Source: Nitrospinota bacterium (GTDB lineage Bacteria > Nitrospinota > Nitrospinia > UBA9942). Taken from it: a stretch of 44,273 nucleotides of DNA. The stretch covers positions 1 through 44,273 of the forward strand of contig JACRGN010000086.1 of the NCBI GenBank assembly GCA_016234205.1, given 5' to 3'. Positions within the stretch are counted from its first letter, which is position 1. Every line of letters starts with the position of its first letter. Positions 24,995-31,767 of the stretch are shown piece by piece. The notes beneath the pieces are model-generated. The model saw only the letters and a program-made list of their open reading frames with translations. It did no database searches and had not been told where the DNA came from. Position numbers and translations under genes: made by a program.

Positions 24995-27712
24995 GTGAAA
25001 AGAACAATCTTAACCTTAACCTCAGCCTTAACCTGTCTTCTATTGAACTCCTGTGGTGGCGGCGGCGGGGGCTCATCATCAACAGAAGGTGGTAAATCCT
25101 TTGTAAAAATAACATTAGGTGGAAGTGGAAAACCTGTCATCAATTCCGAACAGGGGACAGGCTTTAGAGAAAATTCAATACCCTCAAATATATACAAACT
25201 CTCATTCACAATAAGTGCCTCTGACATGGCAACAGCAAATAAAGATGTTCTTGTTGCAGGACAAACTGCTGTAACAGAAACTTTTTCAATACAAAATGGC
25301 AGCAGCAGATATTTTCTTATAGAGGCAAAGGATAGTTCAGGGACTGTTCTTTATAAAGGGGATACAACAAAAGATCTTGACGGCACACCTGTAACCCTGG
25401 ATATTGTTATGGTTGACCAGAATACAACAGGTGGAGGGACAACTACTACCACCACAGGCACAACTACCACAACTACAACAGCGACAACAACAACTGCAAC
25501 CACTACAACAACCACGACAACAGATACAACAGCGCCGACAGTATCATCAGTAAGTCCCGGGAGTGGCGCAACAGGAGTTGCAATCTCTTCCACCATAACA
25601 GCTACTTTCAGTGAGGCAATGGATTCATCAACGATTACCACATCCACATTTACTGTAGGTGGTGTTTCAGGCACAGTAACCTACTCTGGCACAACAGCCA
25701 CATTTACACCATCGAGCAGTCTCTCTTACTACACCACCTATACAGCAACAATTACAACAGGAGTAAAAGATTCAGCAGGGAATGCAATGGCAAGCAGTTA
25801 CTCATGGAGCTTTACAACAGTACTCATGGGCGGGACGATACAGGGCAGTGCATTAAACCTCACAAGTTCCAATGCTGCTGTTACAACCCTTGCAGGCACT
25901 GCAGATTCTTCCGGCACAACAGACGGCACAGGAACAGCAGCAAGATTTAATAGTCCTAACAATATAACCACAGATGGGACATATCTATTCGTAGCCGAAG
26001 AGGGGAATCATATTATTCGTAAGATTGTTATATCCACAGGGGTTGTTACTACTCTTGCAGGTTCTGCCGGTTCTTCCGGTTCAACCGATGCCACAGGCAC
26101 AGCAGCAAAGTTTAATTCTCCTGCTGGTATAACCACAGATGGGACAAGTCTGTTTGTAGCTGATACTTATAATCACACAATCCGTAAGATTGTAATATCC
26201 ACAGGTGTTGTTACAACTATTGCAGGCACTGCGGGTTCAATTGCCTCAACAGATGGCACAGGCACATCTGCAAGATTTAATTATCCTGCTGGTATAACCA
26301 CAGATGGGACAAATTTGTATATAACTGATTACAATAATCATACAATCCGTAAAATCGTTATATCCACAGGTGTTGTTACAACACTTGCAGGTTCTACTAC
26401 CAGTGGCTCAACAGATGCCACAGGCACAGCAGCAAGCTTTAATAATCCTTATGGCATAACCACAGATGGGACAAATTTGTTTGTAACTGATTGGGGCGGC
26501 ACTACCATCCGCAAAATTGTCATCTCAACTGCGGTTGTTACAACTATTGCCGGTTCAACAGATGGCACAACAGACGGCATAGGCACGGCAGCGCTGTTTT
26601 CTTACCCTGAAGGCATAACCACAGATGGGACAAATTTATTTGTAGCTGATAATGGTAATAGCACTATCCGTAAGATTACACCCACCACACTTATGGGCGG
26701 CTCTATGCAGGGCAATTCGTTAAATCTTACAACTGCGGTTACCACCCTTGCAGGCACTGCACTTTCTTCTGGCACAACTGATGCCACAGGCACATCAGCA
26801 AGATTTGCCCATCCATATCACATTACCACTGATGGGACAAATCTATTTGTAGCTGACCAGACTAATCATACCATCCGTAAGATTGTTATATCCACAGGTG
26901 TTGTTACAACAATTGCAGGCACTGCAGGTTCTGCCGGTTCAACAGATGCCACAGGCACATCTGCATTGTTTAATTCTCCTGCGGGAATAACTACAGATGG
27001 GACAAATCTATTCGTAGCTGATTACTCTAATCATGAAATCCGTAAGCTCGTCATATCCACAGGTGTTGTTACTACTCTTGCAGGAAACTCGAATTCTCCT
27101 GGCTCAACAGATGCCACAGGCACGGCTGCAAGCTTTTATTTGCCTAAAGGTATCACCACAGATGGGACAAATCTATTCGTAGCTGAGGAGGGGAACCATA
27201 TTATTCGTAAGATTGTCATATCCACAGGTGTTGTTACTACAATTGCAGGCACTGCCGGCACAATCGGCTCAACCGATGCCACAGGCACATCTGCATTGTT
27301 TAATTTTCCTCGTGGCATAACAACTGATGGAACAAATCTGTTCATAGCCGATAGTGCTAATAATACAATCCGCAAGCTCGTTATATCCACAGGTGCTGTT
27401 ACAACAATTGCAGGCTCTACTACCAGTGGCTCAACTGACGGCACAGGCACAGCAGCAAGGTTTAAACTCCCCGTTGGTATAACCACAGATGGGACAAATC
27501 TATTCGTTGTTGATAATAATAATTATACAATCCGTAAGCTCGTCATATCCACAGGTGTTGTAACAACAATTGCAGGCACTGCCGGCACAAGTGGCTCAAC
27601 AGATGCCACAGGCACATCTGCATTGTTTAAATCCCCTCTTGGCATAACAACCGATGGGACAAACCTATTCATAGCTGATGGGAGTAATATGACAATCCGT
27701 AAGATTCAGTAG
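24995..27712 (+). CDS. Large lipoprotein: Gly linker, beta-sandwich, poly-Thr linker, Ig-like (Big_5/SbsA-type) domain and 11 NHL-type repeats (5+6)
   Basis: GTG 24995 gives MKRTILTLTSALTCLLLNSC (lipobox). 11 units fit the pattern VTTxAG..GS.GSTDGTGT.A.F..P.GITTDGTNLFVAD..NHTIRKIVISTG. ORF codons 24800-24994 are repeat DNA. Confidence 0.75.
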   Translation: MKRTILTLTSALTCLLLNSCGGGGGGSSSTEGGKSFVKITLGGSGKPVINSEQGTGFRENSIPSNIYKLSFTISASDMATANKDVLVAGQTAVTETFSIQNGSSRYFLIEAKDSSGTVLYKGDTTKDLDGTPVTLDIVMVDQNTTGGGTTTTTTGTTTTTTTATTTTATTTTTTTTDTTAPTVSSVSPGSGATGVAISSTITATFSEAMDSSTITTSTFTVGGVSGTVTYSGTTATFTPSSSLSYYTTYTATITTGVKDSAGNAMASSYSWSFTTVLMGGTIQGSALNLTSSNAAVTTLAGTADSSGTTDGTGTAARFNSPNNITTDGTYLFVAEEGNHIIRKIVISTGVVTTLAGSAGSSGSTDATGTAAKFNSPAGITTDGTSLFVADTYNHTIRKIVISTGVVTTIAGTAGSIASTDGTGTSARFNYPAGITTDGTNLYITDYNNHTIRKIVISTGVVTTLAGSTTSGSTDATGTAASFNNPYGITTDGTNLFVTDWGGTTIRKIVISTAVVTTIAGSTDGTTDGIGTAALFSYPEGITTDGTNLFVADNGNSTIRKITPTTLMGGSMQGNSLNLTTAVTTLAGTALSSGTTDATGTSARFAHPYHITTDGTNLFVADQTNHTIRKIVISTGVVTTIAGTAGSAGSTDATGTSALFNSPAGITTDGTNLFVADYSNHEIRKLVISTGVVTTLAGNSNSPGSTDATGTAASFYLPKGITTDGTNLFVAEEGNHIIRKIVISTGVVTTIAGTAGTIGSTDATGTSALFNFPRGITTDGTNLFIADSANNTIRKLVISTGAVTTIAGSTTSGSTDGTGTAARFKLPVGITTDGTNLFVVDNNNYTIRKLVISTGVVTTIAGTAGTSGSTDATGTSALFKSPLGITTDGTNLFIADGSNMTIRKIQ
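25845..27709 (+). repeat. 11 tandem ~130-135-nt coding repeats (NHL units) with long near-identical DNA stretches
   Basis: Recurring strings such as ATCCGTAAGATTGT(T/C)ATATCCACAGGTGTTGTTAC and ACCACAGATGGGACAAATCT. Confidence 0.9.
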
Positions 27713-27950
27713 CTCGGCAGGCTCACAAAAGTAGGGCAGGTCTTTAGACCTGTAAAAAAAACAAACCCCTAACCCCCTCCCCGATTAATACCCCCGATAG
27801 AAGCATTCGGGGGCAGGCTTTCGGGGACAGGTTTTCCCTGATAAACTTGCCCCCGCATCAAGTGCGGGGCAGACTCTGAAAGCATGTCCCTGCATGATTC
27901 AAGCAGGGACAGTAATCAGGGGAGCATTCAGGGACAGGTTAAGGGGGAAT
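27713..27950. repeat. Cluster of short GC-rich hairpin repeats
   Basis: CAGGTCTTTAGACCTG, CCCCCGATAGAAGCATTCGGGGG, GCCCCGCATCAAGTGCGGGGC and TGTCCCTGCATGATTCAAGCAGGGACA, plus degenerate GGGGACAGG/GGGCAGGC words. Confidence 0.8.
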
Positions 27951-28011
27951 TTTTCTTGTTTTACAGAAAGAGGAAAGTTCTGTTAATAATATTTTATTTT
28001 AGATTTTTCTC

Positions 28012-28039
28012 TTGACATCTTTTCCTGCCTTGATATAAT
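28012..28039 (+). promoter_or_regulatory. Near-consensus sigma-70 promoter upstream of the DUF5618-like gene
   Basis: TTGACA (28012-28017), 16-nt spacer ending in TGa, TATAAT (28034-28039). Confidence 0.65.
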
Positions 28040-28080
28040 TTGAGGCAATTTAAGAATCCCCAAAGCCCACTTAAACCCCA

Positions 28081-28458
28081 ATGAAGGAATCTATTAGATA
28101 TTTAAACAATGCAAAGGAGATACTCAAAAAAGTCCCGATAGAGGGTCGTGTCTATACAGATGTTAAGCCAGTAAGAGAGGCTTTTGGGACAGCCTATCTT
28201 GCTATTTTAGAAGCAATAAACGAGTACCTTATTACTAAACATGGCTTAATAAAAAAAGAACTTCCTAAGTCTGTAGATGCATATAGGGATGCACTGCATA
28301 AGTATATGGCTATTCGTAATGGAAAACTTATGAGAGAATTTGAAATGCTTTATGATACCCTGCACATAGCAGGATACTACAGGGGTTTGCTTTATGATGT
28401 AGATGTAGTTAAAGAGGCATTAAAGGCTGCTAAGTTATTTATTGAGAAAGTTAAGTAA
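28081..28458 (+). CDS. Small all-helical protein, DUF5618/HEPN-like (tentative)
   Basis: 125 aa. The pattern YLNNAKEILKK...AFGTAYLAILEAINEYL...HIAGYY recalls DUF5618. It has its own near-consensus promoter. Confidence 0.35.
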   Translation: MKESIRYLNNAKEILKKVPIEGRVYTDVKPVREAFGTAYLAILEAINEYLITKHGLIKKELPKSVDAYRDALHKYMAIRNGKLMREFEMLYDTLHIAGYYRGLLYDVDVVKEALKAAKLFIEKVK

Positions 28459-28472
28459 ACAGCAAAAAAACC

Positions 28473-28501
28473 TTGACAAAGTAAAGAGGGTATGATATTT
28501 A
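28473..28501 (+). promoter_or_regulatory. Sigma-70 promoter (extended -10) upstream of Cyc2-like copy A
   Basis: TTGACA (28473-28478), then TGaTATTTA with the hexamer at 28496-28501 (17-nt spacer). This implies a ~165-nt AT-rich leader. Confidence 0.5.
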
Positions 28502-28668
28502 TTCACATAATTTGAAGGTGGGTCTCCTGTTCTATTTTTATAAAAGAGATATTTTATACATAGTAAATTTTTAAATAAGAAAGGAGGTGGTGGTAAGTAG
28601 GTAGGTATTTAAGTACATAAGTAATGGAGTTTATATTTTTTTAGTTTTTAAATTTGAGGAGGTAAAAG

Positions 28669-29913
28669 ATGAAGAAGATATTAGTAATAACATTAGCAGT
28701 AGCCTTATCCTTCGTAGGTTCATTTTTTATGGTGAAGGATGCACAGGCAGTTCCAGGATTTGCAAGACAGACAGGCCATGCATGTTCAACCTGTCATTTC
28801 CAGAGTTTCCCATCCTTAAATTCCTTTGGCAGGGCATTTAAGGCAAGTGGTTATACACAGATTGGGGACCAGGGGAAAATAGAGGATGAAGGGCTCTCAA
28901 TTCCAAATGTCCTTAATATGTCTCTTATAGTTAAAGCAAGATATTCGCAGACAAATGGAGATAGTAAGGCTGGGAGAGACAGGGGTCAAATAGAGATTCC
29001 TGATGAGGCATCATTAATGGCTGGAGGTCGTGGTGGAGAGCATGTTGGGTTTTTACTTGAGAGAGGTCTTAAGACATCAGGAGGTTTTGATAATTTTAAA
29101 ATAATATTCCCATTTGATATGGGTGGGACCACTCTGGCAGCAGGTGCTTTTACAACAGATGCCCTGGGAGCAGCCTATGGGTTTGAAACTTTAAATACGG
29201 GTGCATTAAGGCTCCAGAAGCCTTTTGGTGAAGGTGTTGCTACCTCTGCACAGCAGTATACAGGTCTTAATACAGCAGCCACAGGTATCGTTCTCTATGG
29301 TGCCAGTGATATGTTCTTTGTAAATGCCTCTTTATGGGGTCCAAGTCATTCCGATGCGATTTCTTCGGGTCTTAATCTCGCACAGTATATCCGTGCAGCA
29401 GTAACACCTAATCTTGGCGGCTTTGATACAGCAATAGGTGTTCAGTATTGGGGTGGTGAGACAAAATTAGGTGAAGCAACTTCTGCAACCTATGTAGTTC
29501 AGGGAACTGCCATTGATGCACAGGCACAGGGTGAGATTGGTGGTATGCCTCTGGGAGTCTATATCACCTATGCGACAGTACCTAAGGCAGGGACTGACGG
29601 TAAGACATATGCCATCGCATCAGCTGCAGGAGACAAAAATGCAACATCTATAGCTGCAAATCTTGGTATTATCCCGAATAAGGCATCTTTAGGATTGAGT
29701 TATCTTATGGGTAAAAATGGAGCTGCAACTAAGTCTGCCGAAAATGCCATGAATATTGCGGCTATATATAAGTTAGCTCAGAATGTTAAGTTGCAGTTAG
29801 ATTATGCAACATTCAGTGGCGATGCGGATGTAAAGACAGTAGCACAATCAGGTGGAGACATGGGGAACTTGTATAGTAATAGGACAACTCTGATGATCTT
29901 CGCCGGATTCTAA
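28669..29913 (+). CDS. Monohaem CxxCH + beta-barrel outer-membrane protein (Cyc2-like fused cytochrome-porin), copy A
   Basis: Signal peptide ...KDAQA, then VPGFARQTGHACSTCHFQSFPSLNSFGRAFKASGY. The remaining ~370 aa are Gly/Ala/Tyr-rich and Cys-free, ending LMIFAGF. SD GAGGAGG. Confidence 0.55.
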   Translation: MKKILVITLAVALSFVGSFFMVKDAQAVPGFARQTGHACSTCHFQSFPSLNSFGRAFKASGYTQIGDQGKIEDEGLSIPNVLNMSLIVKARYSQTNGDSKAGRDRGQIEIPDEASLMAGGRGGEHVGFLLERGLKTSGGFDNFKIIFPFDMGGTTLAAGAFTTDALGAAYGFETLNTGALRLQKPFGEGVATSAQQYTGLNTAATGIVLYGASDMFFVNASLWGPSHSDAISSGLNLAQYIRAAVTPNLGGFDTAIGVQYWGGETKLGEATSATYVVQGTAIDAQAQGEIGGMPLGVYITYATVPKAGTDGKTYAIASAAGDKNATSIAANLGIIPNKASLGLSYLMGKNGAATKSAENAMNIAAIYKLAQNVKLQLDYATFSGDADVKTVAQSGGDMGNLYSNRTTLMIFAGF

Positions 29914-29971
29914 TTGTTCGACTTTTAGACAAGCTCAAAGCTCACCATGCTTAATGGTGAAGCAAATAAAA

Positions 29972-30003
29972 AGGGGAGGGTTTAAAACCCTCCCCTTTTT
30001 TTT
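29972..30003 (+). terminator. Intrinsic terminator after Cyc2-like copy A
   Basis: AGGGGAGGGTTT-a-AAACCCTCCCCT followed by a T8 run. Confidence 0.8.
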
Positions 30004-30006
30004 ATT

Positions 30007-30034
30007 TTGACAATAACTTACTGTATGCTATATT
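30007..30034 (+). promoter_or_regulatory. Sigma-70 promoter (extended -10) placed for a leaderless transcript of the DUF1640-like gene
   Basis: TTGACA (30007-30012), 16-nt spacer, TGcTATATT (hexamer 30029-30034). The ATG at 30042 lies 7 nt downstream and has no SD. Confidence 0.55.
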
Positions 30035-30041
30035 ATTTATC

Positions 30042-30290
30042 ATGACAACTAAAGCCATTAGAGTATACGAAATTTTTAAAGAACTCGGTTTAAAAGAAGA
30101 GAAGGCAGAGGAGATTGTCGATTTACTGACTGAGACTGCAAAAGAAGGTCTGGCTACAAAAGAAGATATCTATGCCTTAAAAGAAGACCTCTCTAATTTG
30201 AAATTTGATATGATTAAGTGGATGATTGGTCTTTTATTGGGGCAGACTGCATTAATCCTTACAATTATGAGGCTCTTCTTCTTAAAATGA
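30042..30290 (+). CDS. Small coiled-coil + C-terminal TM protein (DUF1640-like)
   Basis: 82 aa with LATKEDIYALKEDLSNLKFDMIKWMIGLLLGQTALILTIM. The ATG sits 7 nt after a -10 box and there is no SD. Confidence 0.5.
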   Translation: MTTKAIRVYEIFKELGLKEEKAEEIVDLLTETAKEGLATKEDIYALKEDLSNLKFDMIKWMIGLLLGQTALILTIMRLFFLK

Positions 30291-31171
30291 CAATAATCCG
30301 CTATTTCCTTCCTTTCATACTATTCCTATTTTTAACAGGCTGTTCTGGGGCGGTTAAGCTTAACTATAAGCCCGGACAAATCCCTGATACATCAAAAGCC
30401 ACTAAACCCCTAACCATCATCCTTAAACCATATATTGATTCAAGGGGAGATGTCGCCCCAAACTATGTTGGAAAAATTGAGTCAACTGTTACTGATATGC
30501 ATGCCGATAAAATTATTTTGGAAAAGGATGTTGCTATATCTGTTAATGAAGCTATTAAGACACATCTAACTTCTGCCGGTTTTATTGTTACCATCCCTTC
30601 ATCCCCTCCTTTAGAAGGAGGAGAGGGGGGAGGTGAGGCTGATATAATAATGAGCGGGGAGATAAAAAAGTTCAGGCTTGATATTAAGGGAAGAGACGAA
30701 ATAGAAATTGAGCTTGAAAGCAGGTTAATATCAGGTAAAACAGGGAAGGGTATATGGGAGGGTGTAATAACAGAAAAAGAAGATAGGTTTGCAGGGGTCT
30801 CTGGTAATTCCAAGAAGACAATCAATTCATATATCTCAAAGACACTTGCAAAGGTTATTAATAAAACAATTATAGAGATAAATAAAAATTTTGGAAAGGC
30901 AGGGACTACATCTATAGAGGAGATGCCGATCCCTGAAGGGGCAGGAAGGATTTCCATAAAGACAGAGCCTCCCCGCTCCAAGATATATATTGGCGACATA
31001 TACTTTGGACTATCGCCGCTGAGTGTTGATATTGAATCAGGTGTATATGATGTAACTGTAAGGCTTGAGGGCTTTAAGGAGAAAAAGGAAAAGGTATCTA
31101 TAAGGAAAGGACAAAAAACAGAACTTGAGATGAATTATGGAGAAGGAGTTTTGAAAAGTCCAATTATATGA
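30287..31171 (+). CDS. Lipoprotein with a C-terminal PEGA domain
   Basis: ATG 30287 overlaps the upstream stop (ATGA). Lipobox LFLTGC. C-terminal ISIKTEPPRSKIYIGDIYFGLSPLSVDIESGVYDVTVRLEGFKEKKEKVSI is PEGA-like. Confidence 0.6.
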   Translation: MTIIRYFLPFILFLFLTGCSGAVKLNYKPGQIPDTSKATKPLTIILKPYIDSRGDVAPNYVGKIESTVTDMHADKIILEKDVAISVNEAIKTHLTSAGFIVTIPSSPPLEGGEGGGEADIIMSGEIKKFRLDIKGRDEIEIELESRLISGKTGKGIWEGVITEKEDRFAGVSGNSKKTINSYISKTLAKVINKTIIEINKNFGKAGTTSIEEMPIPEGAGRISIKTEPPRSKIYIGDIYFGLSPLSVDIESGVYDVTVRLEGFKEKKEKVSIRKGQKTELEMNYGEGVLKSPII

Positions 31172-31238
31172 TATAATTTTTTAAAAGGCTTTCCGATGAA
31201 ATTAGATTCAAAAAACCAAGGAGGAAAATAAAAAAACA

Positions 31239-31460
31239 ATGTATTCTACCTATCGTTTAAAGGCAAATGAACTTGACAGTAAGTTTATAGAAAATTTGAA
31301 GACCCTCTTTGAAGATAAGGAAATTGAAATAGCGGTTTACGAAGTTGATGAGACGGAATATCTGCTAAAGTCTGACGCAAATAGAAGAAGACTCTTAGAG
31401 GCAATAGATAATGTAAAAAACGAGAAAAATCTTATACAAGTTGAAATGATGAAAATCTAA
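31239..31460 (+). CDS. yefM: YefM/Phd-type antitoxin (atypical N-terminus)
   Basis: C-terminal ETEYLLKSDANRRRLLEAIDNVKN parallels E. coli YefM [23 protein letters not shown]. Abuts yoeB with no gap. Confidence 0.7.
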   Translation: MYSTYRLKANELDSKFIENLKTLFEDKEIEIAVYEVDETEYLLKSDANRRRLLEAIDNVKNEKNLIQVEMMKI

Positions 31461-31718
31461 ATGCGAAAGATTATTTTTGAAGCTGGGGTATTTGAGGATT
31501 TTAATGAATGGTCAAAAACCAATAGAAAAATTTATGATAGGATAGTTCAAATAATAAAAGATATAGATAGAAGCCCATTTCATGGAATAGGAAAACCTGA
31601 ACCTTTGAGATTTGAATTAAGCGGTTATTGGTCAAGACGTATAAATGATGAGCATAGGCTGGTTTATAAAGTTACTGACGATGCAATAATTATTGTATCC
31701 TGCAAATATCATTATTGA
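31461..31718 (+). CDS. yoeB: YoeB/Txe family mRNA-interferase toxin
   Basis: F..W...N.KI..RI..IIKDI.RSPF.GIGKPEPLRFELSGYWSRRINDEHRLVYKVTDD.IIIVSCKYHY is colinear with E. coli YoeB along the full length. Confidence 0.92.
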   Translation: MRKIIFEAGVFEDFNEWSKTNRKIYDRIVQIIKDIDRSPFHGIGKPEPLRFELSGYWSRRINDEHRLVYKVTDDAIIIVSCKYHY

Positions 31719-31727
31719 TATTTAATT

Positions 31728-31764
31728 AGGCTCCTCATCGAGAGGTGGGGAGCTTAATTTTTTT
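31728..31764 (+). terminator. Intrinsic terminator after yoeB
   Basis: AGGCTCC...GGAGCTT stem (one G-U pair) followed by AATTTTTTT, ending 3 nt before ATG 31768. Confidence 0.55.
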
Positions 31765-31767
31765 ATT

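Noticed and set aside
25430-25540. Poly-Thr tract or NHL repeats as a diversity-generating retroelement target
   Set aside because: There is no reverse transcriptase gene, no template repeat and no adenine-specific mismatch pattern in the window. The variation looks like ordinary tandem-repeat divergence.
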